From Perkinsus chesapeaki ATCC PRA-425 (Eukaryota; Protista; Perkinsozoa), in NCBI GenBank assembly GCA_013115145.1, contig JAAPAO010000118.1, positions 7,003 through 71,002 of the forward strand: a DNA stretch of 64,000 nt, given 5' to 3'. The notes below the pieces were generated by a model. It saw nothing but the letters and a program-made list of their open reading frames with translations, had not been told where the DNA came from and did not search any database. The translations under genes were made by a program, and so were the position numbers. Of this stretch, positions 10,830-27,019 are shown piece after piece (the stretch's first letter is position 1; each line of letters opens with the position of its first letter).

Positions 10830-13800
10830 AAGTTGTTGTTGTGGTAGTTGTGGTAGTTGTGGTAGTGGGTACATGTCGACTGCATAACTCATCCACAACA
10901 TCTTCTGGGGTCAATTCTAGACTCAATCCAAATGACTCAAACATCCCACGACAGTTAGGTGCATTAGATTGCCCTATTAAGATACCATCCTCGGGAAGGA
11001 ACCCAGCAGCAGGCAAAACCCAAATCCTAAAAACAACAGAAATGCGCTCGAAGACAGATACTTCAGAGCCAATCCTCGACCACGACGGTCGTGGACGATA
11101 TAATAACGGGAAGAAATGGAAGCTCGAAATAAGAAAATCGCCGGAAGGCGCAGTGGTGAGTCACCACTGGTGACAGATGCTATTGGCGGGCCGTAGGCGG
11201 CAGCAGTATACGGTTCGTAGAGTGAGCCAAAATCATGATCGGTCTGGTTCTGCTCAGAGCTTTGGAGTGTTTGAGTCTTCCCGAGTCCATGGAGCCCGTG
11301 GCTTGGACGGTGGCCATGTGACTCACATGATGTGCGGACAGAGACCCAAAAGTGTGAGCATCTCCAAGTCGTTATCAGGAACGGGCGCCTATCATGATTT
11401 TTGCGCGACTGCAAAAATTCTGTTAGGATGGCCGTGTTTCCCGGAAGCGGAGGGATGGGCCCAGAAAAATCTCACGTAAAACGTGATAAAGCTGCAATTA
11501 TCTCACCGACTCATCGATAGAATCAGGATTTCAAAACTGAAAGATATGTGGCGCGCGGGATAGGCTGCTCTGCGCAGCCGTAATATACCGCGCGCATCCG
11601 CAGCCACAGAGGCAGTGGCACTGCGCCGCCGTCATGATTTTGACCGACCAATCCTTGATCACCCAGGCCACGCGTGTCCCGAGCAATCTCCAATTGACCT
11701 CGCATAGAGATGCATGTTGTAAGATCGAGGGCTGATCAAATCAACTTGAATTACGATAGTGCCTCGCAAGACTTCACAGTAGGACTACAACAATCGGAAC
11801 TCATACTGTATAACTGAGAATTGCAGACGGGATAACCCAGTTGTCGCCTTACTTTCTGGGAGGATCACTGTTACGACACTTCCCAGCAACTTCAACACGA
11901 TTAGGCAGCCCCTAAAGATATAATACAATACTGGGGCAGGAGGGAGGATGTTACTTTAGCTTCTCGAGTTATGGCGATACCAAAGAATATCTCATCTGCA
12001 GGATGGGATATGATACACATAATCCTATCATTAGTCTTCTTGCTTTTAACCTGATAACTTCACCATCACACCATCGACTAATATTATAATAATTATACCT
12101 CATCCAACCAAGTCTTCTTTACTGTCGTCGTTGTCGTTGTGGTGGTCATTGTCGTTGTGGTAGGAATTGGAGTTGTTGTTGTTGTTGTTTCAGAGGGGGT
12201 GTATCGACTGCATAACTCATCCACAACTTCTTCTGGTGTCAAGTCTAGACTCAAGCCAAATGACTCAAACATCCCACGACAGTTAGGTGCATTAGATTGC
12301 CCTATTAAGATACCATCCTCGGGAAGGAACCCAGCAGCAGGCAAAACCCAAATCCTAAAAACAACACCAAACCTACGCCTCGCATACTCCCGACTTAGGC
12401 GATCGACCACCCAGCACGAGTGGTTTAAACTTCGCCGAAAACGAAGTCATATATCCGAGAAAGAGCAAGCCGATGAACTAGAAATCTCCGGGCTTATTCT
12501 GTTACACGATGACAAATATCAATATTGATGCTTTGCCTCGGATCTTCAGAAAGTGGCAAGGGCCAGTCACATCAATCGAACTTCTCGATGGAAGGTATTT
12601 TTACCGACGCAGTTTGGCCTATTCGCACTTTCGATGAAAGCAAGCCACCGCCATACACCGAGTAATTTCCATCTCCCGCTGCTTATGGATACGTCACGGT
12701 AATTTTCAAAACCTCATTGGAGTGATTAGGCAACTGAAATTGTGGCAGAGTGTCAAGCCCGGAGACTCTCCCTCTGACTGAGCTGGCTCCTTGTTTCACA
12801 CTGTTGCTGGATGCAAGCAAATGAGCTTTTTCTATGTCATCAGCTTTGGAGCAAGTAATGGTCATTGAAGTATCGATCGCGGCTCAGTTGTCGCCTTACT
12901 TTCTAGGGGGGTCACTGTTACGACACTTCCCAGCAACTTCAACACGATTAGGCAGCCCCTAAAGATATAATATAATACTGGGGCAGGAGGGAGGATGTTA
13001 CTTTAGCTTCTCGAGTTATGGCGATACCAAAGAATATCTCATCTGCANNNNNNNNNNNNNNNNNNNNNNNNNNNNNNNNNNNNNNNNNNNNNNNNNNNNN
13101 NNNNNNNNNNNNNNNNNNNNNNNNNNNNNNNNNNNNNNNNNNNNNNATCGACTGCATAACTCATCCACAACTTCTTCTGGTGTCAAGTCTAGACTCAAGC
13201 CAAATGACTCAAACATCCCTCGACAGTCTGGTGTAGTTGAATCCGCATGCACTAGTCCCTCTTGAGGTAGCAAATTCCGCGCTAAAGTCGTCCAAGACCT
13301 ATGCAGATCTCCAACTCAGCGGCCTCCATCAAAAGATCTCACCTTCTCGCGGTAGCTGCTGCTCCACCTTCCTTACATTGAGCTCCGAATACGATCTTCT
13401 TATTCACCTGCATAAACGGTTCTCCCGTGAGGTTGAAGGTTGACCTACCGAGGCAGTAGCGTCGCTAATAATGCCAAAGAAGGTGTTGGCCTGGACCGCT
13501 GGCAGTTGACAAAGGGTCTCGTTATGGTCACCAGCTTGTCGTATCTGATCAGAGCAGGCGTAACTAATCTTTTTGAAGCTTCAATATACCTCATCAAGCC
13601 ACGTTCTAGCTGCAGCCGTTGAAGTAGTACTCGATTCGGTAGTGGTAGTTGTAGTGCTTTCAGTGGTAGTTGTTGTGGTAGTTGTAGTGCTTTCAGTAGT
13701 GCTTTCAATGGTAGTTGTAGGGCTTTCAGTAGTGCTTTCAGTGGTAGTTGTAGGGCTTTCAGTAGTGCTTTCAGTGGTAGTTGTAGTGCTTTCAGTAGTG

Positions 13801-14084
13801 CTTTCAGTAGTGCTTTCAGTAGCGCTTTCAGTGGTAGTTGTTGTGGTAGTTGTAGCGGTAGTTGTAGTGCTTTCAGTAGTGCTTTCGGTGGTAGTGGTGG
13901 TTGTAGTGGTAGTTGTTGTGGTTGGTCGAGTCCCAATAGGTCTAGTTTGTGGTATGAACGGTGGCAGTGTAGTGCGTCCGTCATTCCTCGGCGCTGATTG
14001 AGTAGTCCTTGAGGTACTAGTAGTGCTCGTTGTTGTTGTTGCTGTTGTTGCTGTTGTTGTCGTTGTTGTTGTTGCTGTTGTTGG

Positions 14085-14121
<37 letters not shown>

Positions 14122-15135
14122 AAAGCATTAGCAATAAGACGACACACTTCATCAACAGCTTCCTTCACACTAACTGTTGGATCGATGCCAAATGTTCTAT
14201 AAATATCTTTGCATCCGTCAACAGACCCTTCACCATTTCTAGCTGCTCTCACCACCTCATCGCTCACCATGCCCCCCGACGCCTCGAGACTCCTAGAAAG
14301 CAGCACCACTGTAGAAAACCAACTGAAGATCTGAATGCCTTACTTCAGCACGGTCTTCCTCTCCGGAGATTCATAGCAGTCACCTTTGACAAGGACTTCG
14401 CTGCCACTACGGACCACCTCGACCTCCTGACCGCTGGTGTCGTCCGACAGCCCGCACCCGAAGGCTTCCTCGTTGCCCTCGCGTGCATAGTCAGGAAGTG
14501 GCGTGACCTTAACGCCGAGGTTGAAGGAGTTGGTATCAATTCTGCTATCCTCACCTCATCGATCCACTGTTTGCTCTCTGGCATTTCCGGACCATTTTCT
14601 TGTGGCCAGAACGATGCGCACATTCCTCGGACCGCCTCATCAACGGATGCGTAAGGTTCCTTATTAACAGTGCCAGCAAATGATTGAAATGTTGACGAGC
14701 AAGCGATGGGAGCCTCCAAACTGACGCGCCCCAGTAAGCTGTTTTCGGCAGCTGTGACGGTTCTGTCTCTAAAATGACAGCAGTGATACCTCATCGCGCT
14801 GAAGAGGCACCCACCTAACCATTGCCTTCTTCTCCAAATCATAGCAGTCCCCGGAGACCTTTTCGATGAGCGGGGCATTGCCGGTTTCTATCGTAATATG
14901 AATGAAGATCTGTTCGTGTGTCCTAGGACTCTGTATCGAGCACAAGGACGGGTTGCGTTGACTGGCCTGTGGTATCGATGCAACGCGGTACCTCCTTGCC
15001 AATAGCAGCCGTACGTACTTGATTCCACCATTCCACCCACTCATGAGAGACTGTTTCTGTATCACGTTGCAAGAGAGAGCGAAGAGAGAATGCAGGAAAG
15101 GTGTGTGTCCACGCCTGACAGGCGAATGCTACAGG
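6800..15135 (-). CDS. Large multi-exon secreted mucin-like protein with 12 tandem ~90-100-aa four-cysteine domains and Thr/Pro/Tyr-rich linkers; start codon not resolved
   Basis: Manual splicing gives one frame from ~15135 to stop 6800-6802 (...SICDRHF*) apart from two N gaps; each domain is a C..F..(W)..C beta half, a phase-2 intron and a C-x(20-26)-C half. Confidence 0.65.
7622..8080 (-). repeat. 27-bp-unit tandem repeat encoding (PTTRPYYNN)n, interrupted by a gap
   Basis: Plus-strand unit GGTCTAGT(A/G)GTAGGGTTATTATAATA(T/C) on both sides of the N run; related PTTR repeats at ~8920-9010. Confidence 0.9.
7742..7839. other. Assembly gap (98 N) inside the tandem repeat
   Basis: N run. Confidence 0.99.
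9822..9875. mobile_element. Asymmetric double-hairpin footprint (target GAGAGGAG) in an intron
   Basis: 20-bp perfect palindrome centred on 9842 and 8-bp palindrome centred on 9868, overlapping by ACT. Confidence 0.7.
10745..10865 (-). repeat. Poly-Thr trinucleotide repeat (mucin linker)
   Basis: (ACN)n run in the 10516-11016 frame. Confidence 0.9.
11153..11174. mobile_element. Putative hAT-type excision footprint (target GTGGTGAC)
   Basis: GTGGTGA+GTCACCAC+TGGTGAC, exact; lies in a long intron. Confidence 0.7.
13048..13146. other. Assembly gap (99 N) in a duplicated mucin module
   Basis: N run; both flanks match the paralogous module at 11837-12275, where the equivalent interval is ~200 bp. 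Confidence 0.99.
13600..14125 (-). repeat. Thr-rich and (TTES)n mucin stalk
   Basis: ORF 13581-14309 contains poly-T and TTESTTES repeats. Confidence 0.9.
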
Positions 15136-15904
15136 CTACGTCGAACAGGCAGTCCTACACTAGCCAGAGCCGATCGAGCGTCAGACATTATGCACTCGAT
15201 CCTATATAGGAAACCCCCACCGGGTGAGCTGTTGACTTCAGTATGACTGAAAAGGATAAGCAATGTTGTTCTAGTTTGAAGGGAAGGATATCCTACTGGT
15301 CGCCGTGACCCATCACGTAGTGGCTTGAACTAGCGATTGCACTCCCCAAGAGGAAAGTGTTGATCAATCGCATCGTATTAAGGGGCTTGAACAAAGACAA
15401 TACAAGTCCTAAAGCGGTCAAATGTCCCGATTCAACCCAACGACCACGGCCGCACAACCAATGGAACTAGTTGCGCCGACAAAAGCGCGCGCCCCGCCCT
15501 TCGTGCGCAAAATGGAAACGCAGGTTACTTGGCCTTCTTCTATCTAATGGTTGTTCACCAATTGAGTGTCTTTAGACCGTGTCAATCATCGACGGCTTCT
15601 CGATGACGCGAATGGGTTACCCAGCGGCGCTATAAGACGCCGAGCGACATCGTCAACGGCAAGCTTTCTTGGTTCGGTTTCGCAGTGTCGCCCTCCTCGC
15701 CAGGTTCTATACCAGTATGGTCCTGTGGTTAATGTAGAGTCGAACGATTGCCACAATTGTGATATTGACACATGTCTTTCCTAGATGCCTATAATTTACT
15801 GTCGGCAAACCAACTCTATTTAATAATGAAGGATAATGATCAATCAGTGTACGTGCCAAACGCAGGTTAAGTGACATGTAGTAATTTCCCAGGTGCCATC
15901 ATCA

Positions 15905-18451
15905 TCATAACAATACTATCATCACGGTTACATTGTCCATGCTTCCTCGACTAAGCGCCTCTTGAACCTAAACACAACAATAACAACGGCTACTCCCTAT
16001 CCCGTACACATCAAAATTCACGAATAGAACATTACCCAGCAAAGATCTTCTGAGGTGGTGAAGAGCTTTCAATACGTCCCGAGCGCCGAAAAATGTTTCT
16101 AGTGAGAAGATGTTATCGACTCAAGTTTGACGGAAAGCAAGTTGCTGTCAACGAAGGAAGGTCAAATACATTCCCAATAGGACCATGTTACTCGACAATT
16201 TGCTTGCAGGTAATGATATTAATACGATCATCTACATGAAAGAGTTGAACAATTGAAGACAAGTCAAAGTTTAGGTGGATTCATCCGAACCACTTCAGTT
16301 CAAGTACTGTGGTACAGAGTCTGTAAAACTCGAAAAGTTTTCTCTTTTATTATTCTCACTGTTTTCTCGAAAACATGACACTAAATCGATCATAGTATAT
16401 TATAGTATATAGAGTATATTATACTCTATTTATAATATTTCACCTCGCTCTTCCCCCATATCTCACCAGCGCGTTGGCTGCAAGCTGCGCAACCATTCCC
16501 CAATGCAGAGGCCATTTTTTGTGGTCCTCATTTTTGGACAAGTCAATCTGAGCTGCTGTCAACTTCGACAGGAACTCCAGCACCAGAGTGACCTGAACCG
16601 TCATCTCTCCAAGTTGACGAAACCTCTCAGCTACCGCCTCCTGGTCCGATATAACGTCCCATACCCCATCACAAGCTAATATGAGAAAGTGGTCCTTCGC
16701 TTCGTTCAACACCACACTGGAAACATCAGGGATATTGGACACGATATCAGTGACGTTGCCTAAATAGAAAGAAGTCAGTCGACAAGAGCGATGGCAGATG
16801 AGGCAAAAAAGATCTCCGAGATGAAGTAGCAAGGATGATGATAAGTACCTCAATGCGGACAGGTTGTCATAGAACCTCAAAACCCCTCCCAGTAGAGGTG
16901 CGAAGCTCTTCACAAAAAAGGCTACTAGACGCCCCCGCAGATACAAATCAGCTCTCGGCTTCTGATACATATGTTGAATGCTTCAAACACGATAGGAATG
17001 CCAGAAGAAAAGAAAAGGTTCACTTCCGCGTCCTCTGATACCGCAATCGCCGCCTACCGACTAACGCTTAGGACCACAAGACACCCACGCAATCGAGAAT
17101 CCACTGAGGCTTCTGAAGCTGCCCAATTCGACAGTTTGGTGCGGGTCTAGTTATTACCAAGAACCAAAGGCATCTCCTCTCCCTCTTCCCTAGCCTTTGA
17201 TGCCTTCATAACCGTTTGGATCGATATTGTCCTTTTAAGTTGAAAGTCTCCAAGTGCCCGAGCTATAGCCAGCATACCATTAACTCTATCATTCATTACT
17301 ATACCTACACTAACACATCAACCTCACCAACCACCTTGCTGCTGCATTACCTCCCTTCTGCGTTACCCGAGCCATCTCCACCGGATCAGTTGCCTTGTGG
17401 TCACTTTCACTAGTAAGCCTCACAGCTTTACACCCTCTACACAACACTGCTCTAGAATCACCTAAACCAGCCGCCCTCCGGCCCTCCTTCCCCCTCCTTC
17501 CTCACCAACATGACCGCAATAGAGCGTCCTATCACCATCGAATTCGTACTGCAGCAAGCACGTCACCGCCGTGCCTGATCAAATCCTTTCCGCCGAACCA
17601 ACGGTGTCAGTCTACAGCCTCCCTCCAGAGATTTAATTTCGTTTCTAAAGGCTTCATCGGTCTCCGTATAAGCACTAACCAACGCTTCGCTGGCGTAGAC
17701 GTACCGCGGTGGAGGCGGCCCACTATCGTTGGTTGCTGGATAATACAGTACCAAGCTTGCTGCTATTGAAAATTACTACTGGAAAATGCCGACTTGAACG
17801 AACTCGTCAGACTTCCCCAGGAGGGCTTCCCCTTTTCTTCCTTTGCTTTCTCCTCCTCTTCTGTCGGCACCTCCAATGTGAGCTTCTCGAGTAGCTTCCC
17901 ATGCAACCGTTTGGCAACGAAGTCTACACACTTCCGTCCGCCGTGACCATCGTATCTGGGAAAGAAAGGCACCCTGGCTTGAGAGCAAGGCACAAGGCTC
18001 CACTGCCCCATGAAAAGATACTTTGCTAACTATTATTCTGCCCTATAATAGCACCGGTAATGAAGAGAGCATACTACCTACGAAAACCTTCCAATTATAG
18101 GCATTGCCCCGCACTGTATCTCAGGGCTAGGAAAATGAACACTAGCAAGATTTCTATTATATCACTGGAAGTTCGCTTCCTATCAAACAAAGATAATGAA
18201 AATGCTGAACGAACCTCGGACAACCATCGACACTATTGCCCATCCCGGAGACACAGCCATTACATCGCCATGAATGATGAGCTACGCTTCCGTCCAAAGC
18301 CATCAATAAAGACGTAAGAGTCTTCCATATCTGGCCTGGCACCGATGTCATCCGCCACACCAACCCCACGGACAGCTGTAGGGCAATGCATCCGAGCCTT
18401 ATGGGGAGGAGCTTCCCCTTCATCCTCATCATCCTCCCAGCAGGTAGACAT
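15905..18451 (-). CDS. Protein phosphatase 2C (PPM family), multi-exon
   Basis: Exons encode RPDMED, YDGHGG, GDSRAVL, RVNGMLAIARALGDF, LILACDGVWDV and ALSRGSMDNVTVMIV; stop at 15905-15907. Confidence 0.92.
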
Positions 18452-18781
18452 TATAAAGTCAACGAACTACTAGGAGTTGGTGAAGATAATACTGAACCTT
18501 ATCATACCAGATCGACTAGCAGCAATGTTTATCAATTAGATGCCAACTGATTAATTGATGAGGAGTGAACAGATACAGCGCTGAAATCCAGGTATGCCGC
18601 CCAGGGAGGGGAGTTTCAAGGGAAGCAAATTTCCTGAAGCTCAGAAAATTGTTTCCCTGACCAACACAACCAGATAAGTGCTAAGTGACAGCTGATCAAG
18701 TCATGTCAAAGGAAGCAGCTCAGACAACTGCTATGTTTCCAGCGCGCCGCGAAATTAGCCAGAATGATTGCAAGAGACATA

Positions 18782-19975
18782 CCTATCACAGAGCATTCCC
18801 AATAGGACTGTTAGCCGTCCCAACCCACCGTAGAGCCCAGCCGAGCTGACCAACGCCTTCCCTACAAACAGATGGCTTCCTATAGGGCCAGCAGGAGGCA
18901 ATGTCCAATCAAATGGAGCCAGGCGCCTTCGTTGGAGCTCAGCGGGGATACCGGTGGTATACCTGTTATGATCATAGGAAAATACGGTATATACCAACGC
19001 GAGGAAACCCAGGGACGAAGATGTTAGAATACATCATTGACGGCGGCAGTTAAGATACCCGCTGGAACTTGGTTGTTTGGGAATCAACTTGGCGAGTTTG
19101 CCGAATGACAAAAAAGTGAACCATTGGAAGTTATCTGATTTGACTCCGATAAAAGACTCAACGTACTTTTTCAAGAAACCAAGCAGTGCAATATTCCCCA
19201 GCAGCAGCTCCCTCACCAATTGCTCGGGAATTCTGGAGCGGCAACTGTTCCTTCCGAATGGTTAACTTCCTGATTGGCAGCCCTCGCCGCAATAATAGAC
19301 TTATCAACAGCACTTGCCAAATGCTGGGACATTACTAATCCTTTAAGGGCTGCCAGCCTTGAATGATGCTAAAGAACAAGGAGCAGTGTGCCTATTAGAA
19401 TGTATTATCATTTTATGGTATTATAATTATACAGTCATCAACGCCGCAGGAATGACCAGCTGAGGTTCAGCTGCTGAACACGGTGTCGCCACTCCCAGAG
19501 ATCGTAAGGCCTTATAGGCCGTGCCGCGCCCGAGGAAGAAGAAGAAGAAGACGTATTTCCGATTTGCAATCTATTTCCCCACCATTAGAGAGTCCATTCC
19601 CTTTACGATTCGGTCAGGATTTTCCCTCGCTCGACTGTGTAAGGTCGAGCGATATTCCAATAGTGAATCTGAAAGCCCTACTACCGCCTCCTCACCACGG
19701 CTTTGTCAAGTGACGTTGCTGCCGCCAAGCCAAGATTCTCCAACTCCTCAGACCGCACTTTTGCCAATGCCCTTAGCCCCTCCATATGAGCTCTCCGAAA
19801 AGGGTACATCGCATCATCATCATGGTGATGATGATGATGAGTAGCCAGCGGTAGCACCTTGACTGGAGTCAACCGAGGCATCTCAGGTAAGATGGGCCAG
19901 CTCAGAGACGGAGGGTGTATCACTGGTGTTGGCACCAACAGGAAAGCTGTACTTTCAACGGTAGGCTCCTCCATC
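18782..19975 (-). CDS. Unresolved hypothetical multi-exon gene
   Basis: Several coding-like segments ending in GT donors (e.g. PYDLWEWRHRVQQLNLSW); no consistent model obtained. Confidence 0.3.
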
Positions 19976-21269
19976 CTGCCATAGTGGAGACTAACAAACA
20001 AATACAAACATCGCAGTTCATCCGTTACAGCAGTAACACAAACTGTCCCGCATCGAAGTTTCCCTAATCACAGCAAACCCCTGAAAATGACATTCGAGAG
20101 AGGTTCGAGGCTGAAATGATCATGGGGTTGATAAGCGCGCCCAAGAGCGACTTTTACCTATTAAATCCAATCCTTGGAGCACCCTTCAATTTCAGCAGAG
20201 GTAGTCTACTAAACACCCTCTATTAACCTATTCATGACCTCGCCCTCGCCCAGCTCAAAATACCGACTCGCGTCAAGGAATTCACTATAATAAAATTTTC
20301 CCCGAACACCAGGGTGTCTCGTCGACATAGAGTATTTAACTTACTCCGAATATATACATTATCAATTATATCTAACAATACAGGGACCTATCGGTTAGTT
20401 CGATCAGTCTTAACAGCTTCCAGTTTAAGCGCCTAACCAGACTGGGAAATAGGTTCGGGAACCATCGAATACATCATTTCCGCTGGGTTTATAGACCCCC
20501 AAACGTTCACACTGGAGTGGCTTCTACAGCAACATATTCCTACCTGTTGGCCTCACATGGATGATGCGACCCAGGGGAAACCGATATTCCTCTTAAAGTA
20601 GTAGAAATTCAGATACACAGTATATTCCTAGACCGAAAAGAGATCCTTCTGGCAAGGTCCGATGCTCTCTCGCTCATTACCACTTTAAAACCAAAGACTG
20701 GCAATGGATAAAATATGCCTTTCGACATCATGATAATAATGACGACTATTGCTGTTGTTGTTGTCATTGAGGACAACTACTGTCCCCCCACTGTTTACTA
20801 ATACTAAGTAGGAGAGGAGTCATTCCATCAAGCACACCATCAATTCCGAATATCATCATCACCACCAGCAGCAGCAGCAGCAGAAAGTCGTCCTTTCGAC
20901 TAGGACAAAAAAGAGGAGGAGAAGTCAAGTGTTCAGAGCAGTCACTACAACAACAATACTAACTATACCATTATTACGTGTCATAAGTAATACGACACGT
21001 TTATCAGCCAAACAGAACCAGACGGGAGGAGGCTGCAGCAGCCGCAGCCACAGCCACCAGGAGGAAGGGGGAGGAGGAGGAGGGTTGATATAAAATAATA
21101 ATCGGATTTGATGAGAATGATAAGAAAAGACAACTCATGTTCAATTGAGTGTATGTGATGATGTTTTTACATCCTACTTTACTACTACAACTACTACACC
21201 AGTGCTAACACCAACATAGCCAAAAAATACGACACGTCGCGGAATCCCCCAACAGTCGGCGTTGCTCCC

Positions 21270-22586
21270 TCACATCCCCGAAGATGTCTCCGCTGTCATC
21301 CATAAACTTCGAGGGCTGCCAGAATCCTCGGTCGATGCCGTCGAGGCAAATCTGTGTCGTCTGAGCCTCCTAGCTACTGTCTCCAGATGTCCACTGGTAT
21401 CAACTGGGCACTCGGGACCCACTCCTCCTTTGTATTCCAATGACATCTCAAAGACGAGAGATGACCAATCCGGGCCAACACCAAGAATGCATACCTTCCC
21501 TCCAGGTGTGACGCATGCGATCCCTTCAGCACTTCTACACCACCTTCTTGGTAACACACTTGAGAACTGCTCAGAAAGTCTAGTGCAGTTGTCGACTAGA
21601 CGAAAGCCGCTCACGCTGCCGCTCGCACAGGAGAATTGAAGAAGTATCTCATGGCATCCTCCCAGCCAACACAACCTCGACGAGCCATCCAGCCGAGCTA
21701 CCAATTTGTCCCCTACATAGACCTTGCCGCCAAAGCAGTACCTCATCAAAGTGTACCCAGAATTGCCCATAATACGATAAACCCCAATGACAGGCTCCTC
21801 CCTGCCATTGCTGACACTGTACACCGGATGGCAAGTGAGGACTGTCCTCGGCACATAGGTGTAGCGGGCTTGTTGATCACCAGACCTGTCCCTTAACAGA
21901 AACACCGTACGGTCATCAGCTACATAGATCCTCCCGGACTCTGCCGCCTGGACGAGGGTAACTCTATCCCAATTGATTTCGTATTCCGACGGTTTCGCAG
22001 CGACGGTCGTCGTTACTTTGCACCAAGAAGTTCGTCCTGTTTCCAAATCATATCTGAACAACCCTCCCCGGTAGTCTCGTCGAGTATAATAAACAAATCC
22101 ATCCGACGACACCGTCAGCGTGTTCACATTAAGATCTTTCGCGTCAAACAAGTCAACAGCCACACCGCCCAAAGGCTCCTCTTCTGCAGTGCCGGGCTTC
22201 CGTTCCTCCTGCTTTGCCGGACAGAAGGGAGTAACAATACTTAGCAGGCGGACTCGGACCACGTTGTTCTCACGGAGCTCGGCATAGACGACTTGATCGC
22301 GCTGATAGCCTTCCGAGTGCTTCGCCAGGACAGTGTTATATTCACCCAAGTCCGGCAGGACCACATGGAAGTCTTTGAAACCGGTGGCCATTTTTTGGCT
22401 ACAGAATTGGTAAACCTCAGAGACCACGGCCAACGTGCGCCCAACGAGCTTGCGTTCTAAGGTGGCCAACTCCATCGACAACTTCCTCCTGGACACTTTC
22501 ACAGTACTAGTGTCATCATTATCATCAATAGTCATAATTTTAGTCGAGGCTGCTTGGGGGAAGAGATTCGATGAAGCAATCATCAT
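21270..22586 (-). CDS. Intronless hypothetical protein with an N-terminal helical motif and a predicted beta-propeller
   Basis: 438-aa ORF; repeated strand motifs (LTVSSDGFVYY, GRIYVADDRTVFLL); architecture resembles 58974-59993. Confidence 0.65.
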   Translation of the reverse strand: MMIASSNLFPQAASTKIMTIDDNDDTSTVKVSRRKLSMELATLERKLVGRTLAVVSEVYQFCSQKMATGFKDFHVVLPDLGEYNTVLAKHSEGYQRDQVVYAELRENNVVRVRLLSIVTPFCPAKQEERKPGTAEEEPLGGVAVDLFDAKDLNVNTLTVSSDGFVYYTRRDYRGGLFRYDLETGRTSWCKVTTTVAAKPSEYEINWDRVTLVQAAESGRIYVADDRTVFLLRDRSGDQQARYTYVPRTVLTCHPVYSVSNGREEPVIGVYRIMGNSGYTLMRYCFGGKVYVGDKLVARLDGSSRLCWLGGCHEILLQFSCASGSVSGFRLVDNCTRLSEQFSSVLPRRWCRSAEGIACVTPGGKVCILGVGPDWSSLVFEMSLEYKGGVGPECPVDTSGHLETVARRLRRHRFASTASTEDSGSPRSLWMTAETSSGM

Positions 22587-22843
22587 GTTCCAACAACAAA
22601 AACAATAATAAATCGCGTCTTCGTTTCATTTGGCGCGCGCCCGGAAATTCGAGAGATGACGAGGATACGCTGGAGGTTGAAGAATGGTCCTAAGGGGTCG
22701 TTCAATAAACCGAATTCACAACTGATACGTTAAATGCGATGCAGCTGGAATCGATAGGGTAAGTGAGGACTCTCCTCAGAGGCAGCCCCAACGAACACAA
22801 TGACAGATGATGCACGTGAAAAGGTTTGCAAGGAACTACAAGT

Positions 22844-26422
<3,579 letters not shown>

Positions 26423-27019
26423 CACAATCAAACAATCTCCTAAAAGATAAAGACCTATCCTTTAGACTACAAAGCATGATTGACCACAAGCTCTCATTAG
26501 GCACCAGTGGTGTACTCTATATCGCCGAGTTCGCAGAGCGTTTCGAGCGCTCTTGCAACTGTGTTAAGATATGTTCAGCTACAGGAATCGGCAGTGGACA
26601 GAAATATTCTCGAGCTCCACGAAATCGTTAATCGTCTAACTCACACAGTGAATATCTGTACGCGTTGAGACTGTAGCAACTACGCGGCTTAAACTTGTCT
26701 CGTTCTTAACAGTACTTTAGACTCACTCAACAAAATAACGGTAAAGACAACAACATATTTGCTTTAACATGAACACACAGCATCATAACAACAACAAAAA
26801 ATAATGAACATCATCATCAACAATGACCACCGGTCTCTCTTAACGTTTGCGGTTGTTCCTTTTCGCCTTGCTGTTCCGACGTCTCTTCCACCCGCGGATG
26901 TCTGCTTGTGGAGGGGGACTGTCGCTCTGGACCACCATGTCCTCGAGAAAATCTAGTAGCTCATTGGCAGATATTCCCGAACTGGAAAAAACAAGTGACG
27001 AATGTTTCATATTTACGGC

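Noticed and set aside
10656-14001. Plus-strand poly-Val/Ser/Arg ORFs
   Set aside because: Antisense shadows of the Thr-codon repeats.
16409-16429. 10-1-10 palindrome ATAGAGTATA-T-TATACTCTAT as a footprint
   Set aside because: Right TSD copy missing and the context is AT-rich low complexity.
20360-21240. Possible plus-strand exons and microsatellite-rich tail
   Set aside because: No consistent spliced frame could be built.
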